NCBI GenBank assembly: GCA_905178155.1
Contig: CAJINV010000010.1
Location: 2,402,616 to 2,466,615 of the forward strand
DNA from: Amoebophrya sp. A120
Lineage: Eukaryota > Protista > Dinoflagellata
Length of the DNA: 64,000 nt
Reading direction: 5' to 3'
Shown here in pieces: positions 11,882 through 24,900 of this stretch; the stretch's first letter is position 1, and each line of letters starts with the position of its first letter. The notes beneath the pieces were generated by a model. The model was not told the origin of the DNA. It searched no databases and saw only the letters and a program-made list of their open reading frames with translations. The translations under genes were made by a program, and so were the position numbers.

Positions 11882-12891
11882 TTTTTGTGAAAGTACGTAC
11901 GACGAGAAGCGGGGGCTTCTTTTATTCAAGTATGTTTTAATATTGCTGCACTCACTCTCGCTTCTTGAGGTAGGACAACAAAACTACTTCAAATGACGAC
12001 TGTGACCTGACTGCTTCAGGCCTCTGGCCGGCCGTTCGAATCTTTTGGGCGGAACCATGATAACGCGCCAAGCAGGCCAAGCTCGCCGAATAGCATCATG
12101 CACTGCTGGTGCCCTATTCGACCTGAATCCGAGACACGGGCGCGACGTGAGGGAACACTGCGACGAAGCGATGTGCCGTGATGAGTAATTGAGAAACTGG
12201 TCGGCGCAAAGGCAGGAGTGCGAACCGAAGCGGATGGGCCAGGCAAGAGTGCGCGACCCGGGAGGGCGGCAATGGTGTCCAGCTAATCGGAGCCGCGCGC
12301 CCCGGACTCGCGGCTGGCCCCGCCCGCGGCCGGCGGGGCGCTGAAGGTAGGCCCATCCGGCGCCACGTGCGCGGGCGTACCAGCGCAACGCCCGGCCGCA
12401 CCAGCCAAAGCAGCAAGGCATGGGCATGCCCGGGGGGCGATCGCCCTCTAAGGCGGCGCCGCAGGGCACCGCGCGTTTCCCCTGCCCCCGCGCAGCCCGC
12501 CGTGGATTGCGATAGCCCCGGGACACGCCATCCCGGGATACAGCGTCGGCGTTGCTCTCTCCGCCCCGGGTAGTTCTTCGTGGCCAATGTCGAGATTCAT
12601 TAGTCCAAGTGCAATTTTCGCAAAAGTAAACAACTTTCTGTGCCAACAGTGGCACTTGTAACAACCGGGCCAATCCTTTGGGTCCCATGTGGTCTCGATA
12701 TAAAGCGGAGTAGCTGCGCCATCACCTCTTCGTGAGTTGTACGAACAGTAGAACTTTCCTCGCAAAAACGTTCATGAAAAATTAGTATCCTGTATTTCGC
12801 TACCAACAAAAAATAAACTTTGATGTATCACCTAAAGGTTAAAACCAAACGCACACCATGCCCGCTCAGCCCATCACATCTCGACTTCCCC

Positions 12892-15800
12892 TCACAAATC
12901 CGAATCTTCGGAGTCATCATCATCGTCTACTTCCGCATCTTCGATTTCAATTGTTTCCTCGACCGGCACCTCCTTTCTCGCCTTTTTCCCGTCCTGCTTC
13001 TTCTTTCCGCCCCCAGCCGGCTTCTGCTTCATATCCTCGGTTACTTTCTTCTTGCTGCTCTTCGTCCCCTTGTCACTAGTTTTCACCCCGTCCTCCTTGT
13101 CGTTATTTTTCGTCCCTTTTTTCTCCGTTCCTTTTCCGTTCTTGTCCCCATCGTCGGTTTTCTTGGCCGCCGCCGAGTTCTTCGCATTGCTGGCGTTCTT
13201 GCCGCCCGAAGATGAAGTAGATGTTGCTGTTATATCAGACTTGATGTTCTCAGCCCGTAGTTCTTCTCCTCCTGCCAGCAATTTTGCTTCCTCCGCAGCT
13301 TTATCAAATGCAAAAATGTCTGGGTCTGGAAGAATGCAGATGTTCGTCATGCTGTTTTTGCATGGCGCAAAATCTCTGTCATGGAAGCCCTAGCATCACA
13401 GATTTCGAGAAGCTTCCGCATTGCTTAATCCGCATGACAAATCCCCCACGTTGGTGACAGGAAATGGGCGCCTTTTGCTGCCTATGCATGAGAGATTTGT
13501 CTGTGTTGTGAAATGCGCATCACAAGTTCGCATCCTTCCAGACCCAGACATATTTGCAATGCATAAGCTTTCTCCTTTTTCTCCAGCATCGGCATCCACA
13601 CCTTCTTGTACCACTCCACAAACACCCGCAACCCGAACGACAGGGGCGTCCGGGGCTGGTACCCGAGCAACTTCTTCGATTTTTTCAAATTATGAAAATG
13701 AAAAATCACCCCTCCCCATATCAAAATTGATGCTGAAGCTGATTTGTTACCACGTTGCCATGCTAGAAGGGAAGTAGAGATGCGGAATGTAGTACTGGCT
13801 GGCGTTGGAAGGCCTTGCGTCTTCGGCATGACAGGAGGCAACTGGAAGCAGAAACAGCATGACAGATTACGATTACCTGCAAGCGAGGCCGCAACTCCGT
13901 CTACTCTACTTCGCTTTCTAGCAATACAACTCGATTTGTGTACACAAATCCCGCATCACAGATTTCCCTTTCGGTATGGAAAGGGGGGATTTTTCGTTTT
14001 GATACAAATCCGCGTAGGTTTGCAGCACGTCGCCCTTCGCAGCGGTTTTCTTCACGTATCGTGTGTAAAAACATCCCAAAACCAACGTTAAGATGGCGAT
14101 TCTGCTACACAAACCGACAGGTCTTGTCTGTTTCGCATGACAAGCTTGGGCTCGTAGCGTTTTGTCCTGTTTAGGTAGTTGTGCCGCTGCATCACAAATC
14201 GGCCTTCTTATCCTGACTCCAGCATGCTGACAAACCGCCAGATGGCAAGAAAAAGTAGTTAAAGTGCTCTTTATCACCCTGCGCATGAGAAACATTGCAG
14301 GCTTCTTGCACCAGAGTTGCACGACGAGTCTGGGGGGGATTTGGACGCTTTTGCACTGGATATCGCGAACTTCAAGTTCAGTTTCCTATCCAGGAAAAAA
14401 AGTGTGTAAGTGTAACTTTCTTTGAGGAACAGCATCACAAATTTGCTCTGCATGACAGAGAAAACCTGTCATGCGTGGCTTGTAAGGGAAAACACACAGG
14501 AAAAGAGAACTTCATGGCTGTCTGGCATGACAGGTGTAACTCTGTTGCGTGTTTTGCATTACAGATTTACACTTACACAGTTTTTTTCTTGCATATTTCC
14601 CCGTGTAATTGTACTTGGCGTAGATCTATCGATTACAAAAGCATCGTACAACTTTCTAGCAGCAATTGCATGACAATTTTTTTCCGGGAAGATGAAAAAA
14701 AAAATGCAACTTGTTGCTATGCTGAATTAGAAAAAGGAAATATGTCTGTATTGCACACAAAAGTGCAAGAATTCGTACGATGCTTTGCCAGAATTCATAA
14801 GATCTTCTCCCGCTTCTCCAGCGATTGCTTGTACTCCTTCTTTATGCATTGCAAACATGTCTGGGTCTGGAAGATTAAAACTTGTCATGCTGTCTCTGGA
14901 GTCGAAAAAAATCTGTATTGCATGACCCGCAAGAGAAGTCCGCTTTGTGTTACTTACGCGGAAAGGGCATGTCTCATGCGGAATACGCATCAGGAAGCCC
15001 TCTAAAAATCTGAGATTCTAGGGCCATGCATCACAGACATCATGGGTCATGGAAAATATGCATGACAAACCTGGCATTTTTCCAGACCCAGACATATTTG
15101 CATTTGATATTCTTTTTCGCCTTGATTTTCGATTGTTGCAGCTCCATCTCCGCCTTGCGCCGTTGCTCCTTCTTCTCCTGCTGCGCCACGCTCGGGTAGT
15201 ACGGCCGCCCGTTGCGCATGATCGGGCCTACCTGCCGCTCCTCAGCCTCGTCCGCATCCAGCATCGCCTGCAGCTCGTCCGTGTCAAATGCAAAAATGTC
15301 TGGGTCTGGAATGTTGCCGGGTTTGTCATGCATATTTTGCATGACCCAGGATGTCTGTAATGCATGACCTAGCGTGGTCAGAGATTTTATCATAGAAGGC
15401 TTCGCGATGCCATTTCTGCATGACAAATGCCCTCCCCGCGTCGCACAAACTAGACTCCTCTTGCTAATCATGCAACACAGTTTTTTTTTAGAGTCCAAAG
15501 TTAGCATCACAAGTTGCATTCTTCCAGGAGACCCAGATGACATTTTTGCATTTGATAGTCCTGCAGCGCCTGCAGTTCCTGCTCGTACTCCCCGTCGCCG
15601 ACGCCCGGCGCGCCGATCACGTATCATGTGCGACAACGTCCCCACCCATTACTATCTATTATATTCATGCGAAAGTAGAGGTCTACAGAGGATAAAAGAG
15701 AGGTGGCCGAGAGGTCAAAAAGAGGCCGACAGAGGTAAAAAAGAGGTCGACCGAGGTGAAGAGGTGGCGCGGGGGGTCTTTCGAGAGGGAGACCGAGAGG

Positions 15801-18800
15801 TGGCGCGAGTATAGCCCGCCGAAGGGTCCACTCTTTAGCGCCGCTGAAGCGCCTCGGAGGGTGCAGAGAGGTGGAAAGGAGGGCAAGCGAGAGGTGGGCA
15901 GAGGTGCCGAGAGGTTGCGCGAATAAGGCGGGACCTCTTGCGCACCCTCTCGGCGACCTCCCGGCCACCTCTGTAGCCCTCTGCCCGCGAGTATAGCCCG
16001 ACTATTAGCGGGGACCTCCGAGAGAGGTCAAAAAGAGGGGCCGCGAGAGGGCCCAAAAAACCCGAATCCGCCCGGCACGCGGCCGATTTTCCTGGGGCTT
16101 TGTCATCGTGCAGGCCCACACCCTCTCGCGCCATCACCTCGCGCACCCTCTCGCGCACCCTCCCGCGTCAACCTCCCGCGCGTGATCAAAAAAGAACAGC
16201 GCGGCCCCCGTTCTGCTTCGGTAGGCACCTACGCCGAGGCGGTTTCGCTTCGCCCCCAAGCTTCGCTGCAGCTGCTCCCTGCGCATAGCGCCGGAAGGCG
16301 CGGGAAGCGCGCAGGAGGCCCAGCGGGCTGAGATGGCGCAACCCGCGCCAGTATTTCCCTCGACCTATCACGTCGCGCGCAAAGGCATGGCGCTGTGGCC
16401 CGGTCCGCAAATAGTCCTGCCCCGCCACAACAGCCGCTCGCCCCGGCGTCAGCCGGGGCATGGCTGGTAGTTGTAATGCAAATGCGCATGCTGCTGAGAA
16501 TGTTTCTCATGCGGAGCCCCATGCCGAGCATTTTCTACTTGTGTTTCGGAATTTGTGATGTTCCAATCAGCATGCCGCGCTAGCTCTGTGATGCTGCTGA
16601 ACTAGCTGAACAGGATTACACTACGAGGCTCAACTTGTCATGCGCAACAGCCATAGTGTGTTGATTTGTCTAGCAGACTCCCCAATTTGGCTACGGGGTG
16701 TTTAAGTTTATGTACTGGATGAGACCAAAATAAGGCACAGAGAAACTATGGGGTGGGGACATTCTTACGCAAGATATCACGTTGGTGTTGTTCACAGTGG
16801 TGCCGTTGCTGGCGAACACCGCCGCCTCGATCGTTTTCACGAAATCCATCAAAGACATCGGATCGGAATTCCCGAGATTGAACACCTCCTGCACGACCTC
16901 CGTATCACAGGAAAAAAGCGCTACAGTTACACATTGTGTTGCAAGACCGGCAACAGAGACAACCTTTTTCATGCAGGAAATGCTTGGGAGCCTCGTTTCC
17001 TTCCTGTTTCCCCTTATGATCTTCGCATTACAAGTTCTCTCTGCCACACAGAGAAAATTTGTGATGCACAAACTCCAACAAATATGTAACTGTAACACTT
17101 TTTTCTCGTGATACTCCGGGTCGGTTGTACAGTATTGCACGTGCTCGTCCTCGGGCGGGATTCTCATGTTTTCAAACATCGGCGTGGGCAAGGGCCCGCA
17201 CCAGTTTTCCGACTTCCGCGTGATGTACTCCAAACTCCGGTAAATCCCGTCGACAATGTCATCGACGTAGGTGAAGTCGCGGCTCGCTTTCCCCTTGTGA
17301 AAAATCTGGATCGGGTTTTTCTTCATTTTCGGGTTCAAAATTTTGTCCACGAAGTACCAACTGCAAAAATGTCTGGGTCTGGAAGATTGCCATGTTTGTC
17401 GTGCATATTTTGCATAACCCGCGATGCCTGTAATGCGTGACCTAGCATCACAGATTTTTAAAGAGCCTTCTGATGCGTATTCCGCATGAGAAACGCCCAC
17501 TCCGAGTAGCACAAACTGAACTCGTCTTGCTGGTCAGGCAATACAGATTTTTTTTTACCTTCCAGAGACAGCATCACAAGTTGCAACCTTCCAGACCCAG
17601 ACACTTTTGCATTTGATACGAAGTCAAAGTACGCCATGTCCGGCCGCCCATAGGTGCCGTACACGGTGAAAAACCGCAGGCCGACGGACTGGATCTCGTA
17701 CAAATTCGCGTAGGTTTTCGCGGTCAGTTCATTCATCCGCTTCGTCGTCGCGTAGAGCGACGCCGGGCTGTCCACCGGGTCGGACTCGGCAAACGGGACC
17801 TTCGTGTTTTTCCCGTAGACCGAAGAAGAAGAGGCGTAGACCAAGAGGATTTCCTGCAAATGCCGCTCCTCCTCCTCCCACTCCTCTTCCACCCGTTTAA
17901 GTTCCCCAGTCCTCTTCGACATTTTTTCCTTCTTGTTCACGATCATGCGTGGCTCTCTCCGCTTGTTCTCCTCCCGAATCGCCTCCAGCAAGTCCATATC
18001 AAATGTGAAAATCTCTGGGTCTGGAAGATGATTGCGAGATTTGTCATGCATATCCCGGGTCACGCAAATGGCGTCTGATGCAGGCAAAAGCATCACAGGT
18101 TTTGAGCACGCCTCATGATGCCTGTCCCGCATGAGAAACTTCCTACTTGCGTGCCAAGAAGTGGACAGCTTTTGGCGCTCATGCAACGCAAATTTTTGTG
18201 TGTTCCAGAGTTTGCATCACAAGTTTGTACTCTTCCAGACCCAGACATATTTGCATTTGATAGTCCACAAAACACTCCACATTGTTCCGCACGTATTCCT
18301 GCGGTGCCTCCAAACTGTACCTCACCCCCGCCTCCGTATGCATTGCAAAAGGATCGATTGCACTCGGAGAAATTGCAGTTCCGCATGACAAATAAGCTTG
18401 TTCTGTTTCTGATTCTGTACCTAATTCTCCATGAGAAGTTTCGACTTTTCCTTCTGGGAAAACTTGTGGTCATGGAACTTGTACTAGTACAACTACAATC
18501 TTCCCTTTGCAATGCATATTGCGCAGCCAGGTGCAAAACGTGCGTCACGTTGAAGGCCTGGAAGATGTCCTTCAAAAATTTCCGGTCGCACACATCCCCA
18601 TCGTACAGCGGGAACGTCTTGGTCAGGTGAAACGTTTTATTCAAAACCTCCGTGCCCGGCTTCTGCTCGCTAATCCGCTTGCCCCGGTGGCGAATGTTTT
18701 TCCCCGCCTGTTTCGCGGCCGCTTTCGCTGCGTTGATCGCTTCTGGCTCTTTCTCCTTGCTCTTCCGCTTTCCCTCGATGTGGTCCAGCTGCCGCTGCAG

Positions 18801-19275
18801 CGCGCTCACCCGGGCTATCAAAGTGAAAAAAGCCTCCACCCCATACGGAAAACGAAATTTGTGATGCTGTATTTCATTCAGTACACAAATCGACTTGCAT
18901 TGCCGGAAGGCCAAGGGCCGCAGTCGTGGACTCGCTTGCAGGCAATTTGTCATGCTGTTTCCCACTTCCAGCTGCCTCCGGTCATGCTGAAGATGCAAGG
19001 CTTTCCCACGCCACCCAGCACTAGAGTCCGCATCTTTATTTCCCTTCTAGCATGACAAAGCTGATTTGTGGTCACAAATCAGCATCACAAATTTCCGTTT
19101 TAATATGGGGATTTTTCACTTTGATACGGGCTTTTTTCAGGTCCACGTCGTAGTAGGAGTTGAAAGAGTCCAAACCGACCACCTTATAGTGGTTCTCGAT
19201 AGCAAGTTTCATGGTGTGGTACCCCACGAAGCCGGCCGCGCCGGTGATCAGAACGACCGGGGCTTGGAGCACCAT
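12892..19275 (-). CDS. UDP-glucuronate 4-epimerase-like extended SDR, multi-exon, with charged insertions and an acidic tail
   Basis: VLITGAAGFVG, GLDSFNSYYDVDLKKAR, VLHLAAQ, YASSSSVYG, SLYATTK (YxxxK), LRFFTVYGTYGRPDMA, RDFTYVDDIVDG, VFNLGN, GDVLQTYAD, LLGYQPRTPLSFGLRVFVEWY. Confidence 0.9.
15622..16776. mobile_element. Family A introner expanded by a nested insertion
   Basis: Family A ends with direct repeat tcacg; the family A body resumes at 16468 after an ~820-bp foreign insert. Confidence 0.85.
15649..16467 (+). mobile_element. Non-autonomous Helitron-like element
   Basis: Inserted between host A (15648) and T (16468) with no TSD. 5' end TTACTATCTATTATA; 3' hairpin GCCCCGGC-gtca-GCCGGGGC (16440-16459) followed by CTGG (CTRR). 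Internal GAGAGG repeats. Confidence 0.65.
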
Positions 19276-21989
19276 GTTAGTACTTCCTCTCGCCGGTGGT
19301 CAAGCTTATGAGTAACTAAAAAGTTCTGCGAAAGAAACACAATCAAGATTGAAACAGTGTCACATCCCAGAAGCAGATCCGAGTTTGTTGGTCGTGGTCC
19401 TAACAGAGGCTAGAAGGCCAATGGCCGACCAAGATGTGGTCGAAGCTGAAGTTATTGCCAATTGATTTCACTGAAACTCCATCCCCATGTAGTTGCCAAG
19501 ATGTTGATCCTGCAGAAACAGCCTGACTGCTGGACAAAGACTGACAACTACACCGACTGGTGAACAGAGCGAGAAATATATAAGGACTAGCGAAGACGCA
19601 AATGACAGGTCTGCATCGCAAAAAGTTTCGACAAGTGGGAAATAAATGCGTAACCAGCAAGAACTACACGGCCAAACGAAACAAGAATGAACTCCGAACA
19701 AAACGAAAACAGCGCATGAAATAAAAAATGTAGAACAAATAAACCGGGGCCGCTTGGTGTCATCCAGCATTCTGACAAGCCTCCTGCTTCGGCTTGCCAC
19801 AGTGAAGTGTTCGCTGTCTTCGTCTCTTCGTCGGTACTTCTCATCTCTTCCCGGGTCGACGTTTGTTATCGCCCAGTAAAGAACAAGTCTCAGAAGATCA
19901 TCAAGGTGTAGAAGTCAGTGACTGATCATAAAACAAGAGTCTCAACGACCTTATCCAGATAGCGCTTTACGGAAAAATCGTGTTATCCGGACAAGGTTTT
20001 TTACCAACCTTCAACTGTGGCTCACAGCGGAGGTTGTAAAAAAAATCGTAAAAAAAATCGTACAACTAGAACCATTGTACTTCAAATAGAAATACAACCT
20101 CGGCCAAACTATAATACCTTGCCCAGCTAAGTAATACGTACAACTCTAGCAGCGTAGACAGAGATATTAAGTTGCGACCACGACCTCGTCCCTAGGCTTG
20201 ATGTTCTAGCATACTTTTAAGTCGGCGCTGTGTTCTCATTATCAGAAGCCCATCCTTGGGAGGTGGATTTAAGTATATAACCAGCTAGAAAAAAGATACA
20301 TCCGCCGGGAGCCTCTTCTGTTTCAGAAGAAGAGAATCCTAGCGGAAAAAAAGTTCGCTATACAGTCGCGTCGTATGTGGTACAGTAATTCGAATTTCGG
20401 CTTCTATTCTTAGTGCTTTCACTTCCCCAAACAGTACCTCTAGACTTAGTAAATACTATTTTCAAGAACGAAGAAGTACTAAAACCCCCAGTGAAGATTG
20501 TGTGCTTGGCTTGTTCAATCCCAAATTTTACAAGTTTTTTCTTGCACTGACAGCACCTGGTACTTACACCACGGCGCTGAAGTTTTTCGGATCAAACCGC
20601 AGGAAACCCGCGTGCAGGGCTGTCATGGAGAAATAACGGTGTCGATTTTTGTAAAGCATACCAAGAACTTCATCTGTAAAGTTGTCTTTCGTACCGAAGA
20701 TAGCAGTTTACCGTGGTGCAAACTTTACAACATGCTACTCATTTCTCGCAGAGGCTACGTCAGCAAATTTTTGAAAACATAGAGGTTCTAGTATAGTAGC
20801 GGCTGAAAAGAGTCTTCGTGTGCTACCTAAAGATACCTCTCGTTCAAAAAGAGGAGAGTTTTTTTTTCACCGTCTGAAAATATTTGACAGGGAAGAAACT
20901 CTCATCCAATTTGTTTTTTTTGTAGCGCGGGCTACTGAAGATATTTATTTTTGCGGAATTCCACCAGTCCTACATGTAGAACTATTTTCTAATTAGACAG
21001 GACATATTCCGCGGGTGGGCCTACCTCCGGATAATTTGCTCAGCTAGACGATGTACATGTACAACCATGCTTCAGAGGCATGAGCAGTTGCATCGTGAGC
21101 TTGCCGAACAGATTGTAAATACTCCGAAACAAGGTCATGGGGCCACTTTAATTGTCATAGCGACTCAATATGCGACTATACTTATGACCGCTCTACTGCG
21201 TTTTTGACATGACGCAACGTGTCAAAGAGCAAAAAGTGTGGTCCATAGTACGTAGTATGCGTTCGTAAAAAAATATCCACAGAAGTAGTTTAATACTCGA
21301 TGTAGTTGCACCGCTGCCAGCTGCTACAGTTGCCAACACCAGCACCCAATTTTCAAATTTCACTTCCTACATATTTAGAGATTGGTGTCCGATCTGCTTG
21401 GAGCAGGAGCAGTCGGAACATTTTCACCTTTTTTCACTTTCTAAAGTACGAATGCCTTCGGTTTTGCTCTTTCATAGGGATTTCACAGCATCATTTATTT
21501 CGGATGGTCTTGTATAGTACAGTCGAAAAGTATGTTTTGAAGTACTGTATACTTTTTGTAGACTTTCGACTACCAGGATCACAGCACACGACCAACGTAG
21601 TTTTCTATACACACGCGTGCGAATAATCTTCCATTATAGCAAAAAGGCCTATTGCGGCCTCCCGGTTTGATCTGGATTTCACCTTGCTGTCCTCGTTGTT
21701 GATTCTATCGAAAATAAGAAAAGCTGTGTTCTCCTCCATAGAGCTGCTCTACTGTGAGGACAATTTGGTCCTCCCGATTATACTGAAGTTAACGTCTTCA
21801 CGAGAGGAGCTGCGACAAAAGATTTTTGATTTTAGTGGTATTATTCATTGCTAGTCCTACTACTTCTGGCTTGATGTCCATCATACAAGAATTCCAAATG
21901 GGACGAGTAAATCATGTAGTGATAAACGTAAACCTAAACTGTCTTCATTATCTCCCCTCTGAACTACATCAAGCTCAACAAGAGGTTCC

Positions 21990-24900
21990 TTATCCCATGT
22001 AGGTGGTCGAAGTGGTGTTCCCCCCGGCGTTATACCAGGACGAACTCGAGCCTGATTTCTCATGCGCCCGATCGCCCGAGTTGTACCAGGTGCGGCTCTT
22101 CCCCTCCCACCTGCTGTCCGGCTCGGCGCGGTTGGCACTGCTGTTCAATCGAATGCAAACATGTCGGGGTCAGTAAACAAGTTGCGAGACTTGTCATGCG
22201 AATTTTCCATGACCCATGAGGTGTGGAGTGCGGGACCCAGCATGACAGATTCTTTGAGGTCTCCATCAAGCCTATACTGCATGAAAAAAAAGCTCCCTCT
22301 CGACCTGGTCAGAAGGGAACAACTTTTGGCCCTCATGCAAGACAGATTTTTGCATGATCCAGATTTAGCATGACAAGTTGCAATCTTCCAGACCCAGACA
22401 TGTTTGCAATCCATATGTCCCATCGCCGCTCTCGGGTGTCGTCATCGCGGGACGCGGACCCCCACTTCTGCCCGGACGAAGGGTAGTTGTAGTCTGTTAT
22501 ATTTTTCGACGACGTGTTGTCACTTTGTCATGCACAAAACAGCTAGAGAAAGTTGTAGATGAGAAATTCACCATGCATGCCACACACAGAATCAAGGCGT
22601 AGAACAGGTTGTCTACTTCCTTTATCAAATAAACCAGAAATAAAGTTCACCATCTACGAAAAATCACAACAAGCAGTAGTACCCCGAGAAGCGTAACTGG
22701 CCTCCCGATCCCCACCCCGCCTGTCGTACCGGCTGCTGGTGCCGTACTCCCGGAATTTGCTCTCTCCCGTACCGGACCGGTGGTAATCCTTGCCGTAAGA
22801 CCCATATCCCGTGTTGTTGTCTTTCCCGCCCCGACCCGCGTTCGGCGCCGGCGGCCCCATGGGGTTGTTTTCGAAGCCCGGTCCGAAGTAGCGCCAAGTG
22901 GTTACGTCGTTTCCGCGCCCGCGGCCGCCGGGTTCGTCCATCAGCGCAACGCCCTTCTGGTGCAGCTCGTGGCGAATCGCGTCGGCTTCCTTGTAGTTGC
23001 CGACCTGTGAATGTCATCGTCAATGTGATGGTGGAAATTACATTTTATACAAACTTGCTCAGCAATACTGCAGAATGGAATTTGTCGTGCTGGTTCTTTA
23101 GCTAATAGGAAAAATAAGATGTGTGGTCATGCACGCAATGACTGCATCACTAAATACCCGTCTCGCTTCGTTCCGCTTCTCCACCAGCCTTTCGATCTCG
23201 GTGGGCGTTGGGCACCCCGCCGGCAAACCTTCATTTTGTTCCTCAGTCTGGCTTATGCATTGCAAATATGTCTGCGTCTGGGTCTGGAAAGTTGTCATGC
23301 TAATGTCCGAATGTTCCGCAAACTGTGTTGCGCCGCTGCGCATGACAAGTGTCTGAGCAGCTATGTCTAGCGCTAAGCGCATGACAAATAGCCTCTTTGC
23401 ATGACAAGCAAGTGGCGTTGTAGCGCAACAAGCATCACAGACTTTTCTATATTACCGGCCAAGCATGAAAACCTTGTATTCTTCCAGACCCAGACATTTT
23501 TGCAATCCATATGGCTGCCGCCGGTTCGATCCAACAACCCGTGCTCCCTTACCGGTGGCCGGTACGGCTTGCTCTGCGGGACCACATTGTCCCCGTTATT
23601 TTGGTGATTTTCCTTTTCCGGACCTCCACTCTGCCCCCGGGTAGAAATGGTATTCTCGTCCGCAATCGTTGAGGGCGTCGAGGATTTATCAAATGCAAAA
23701 ATGTCTGGGTCTGGAAGATTCCGAGATTTGTCATGCAGTTTTTCCAAGCTCCACTAAGTCTGGAATGCAGGGCCTAGCATCACAGGATCTGCAGCCCCTT
23801 TGTGATGCCTGTTCTGCATGAGAAATGCCCCCTCAGCATGGCCAGAATTGAGCACCTTTTGCAAGTCACGCAACACAGATTTTTGTATGATGCGCAACAT
23901 GCATCACAAGTTGCATCCTTCCAGACCCAGACTACATTTTTGCATTTGATAGGATTCTGCGTGCTCCAACTTCGACGGCGATATGCAAGAAAAAAACTGT
24001 GTAAGTGTAAATTTGTGTTGCAGAGGATGCAACAGAGTTACACCTGTCATGCCAGACAGCCATGAAGTCCTATTTTCATGTGTGTTTTCCCTTACAAACC
24101 ATGCATGACAGGTTTTCTCTGTCATGGAGAGCAAATTTGTGATGCTGTTCCTCAAAGAAAGTTACACTTACACACTTTTTTTCCTGGATAGGCGAAGCAA
24201 ACAGCACACTGGCGCTGTTGCCGCTGGCTGCGTTGAGGCTGGTACTTCCAGAGCCATTGGTCGACAGACTTGTGTTCATCATATTACCTGGAACACCTCC
24301 AACTCCGAGAGCAGAAGTCGTCTGCACGGAGGTTCTATCCAATGCAAAAATGTCTGGGTCTGGAAGATTGCGAGATTTGTCATGCTGATCTGGCATGGCC
24401 CTTAAATCTGTATTGCGTGGCCACAAACAGCCTCTCTCGCCTGTCATGCAAAAACGCAGTTTCTCATGCGGAATACGCAGCACAGAAGCACGAAGCAACT
24501 TGTCATGCTTGGCGGCGCATTACACTGCATTTGCTTTTGACTGACTTGCATCACAAGTTTCCAGACCCAGACATTTTTGCATTTCATAGGTTCCGCTCGA
24601 CGGCTGTCCCTGCGCGAAAGTCTATCCTGAGTAAAAACGTACCCACGCCAGAGTTGTAATGCAGATTTGCAAAGACAGGAAGACTTGTAATGCGCATCCC
24701 CATGAGAGCCATTTCCAATCGTGTTTTGGAATTTGTGATGCTGTGAACAGAGTGAGCAGATGAATCTGTGACGCGGCTGCACTTGCTAACCAGCACTACA
24801 CTGCGGAGTGCAATTTGTCATGCGTGACTCCCAAAACTCCTAGGTTTGTGTTGCAAAATCCCCATCCTGACTCTGGTGTGGGGACGTTTTTACTCAGGAT

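Noticed and set aside
16681-16698. Dinoflagellate spliced-leader relic (CCGTAGCCA on the minus strand)
   Set aside because: Only 9 nt match, and it lies within the family A terminal sequence rather than upstream of a gene.
12892-19275. Treating the fragmented genes as pseudogenes
   Set aside because: Catalytic motifs are intact and frames are restored by removing element plus one repeat at the junctions checked.
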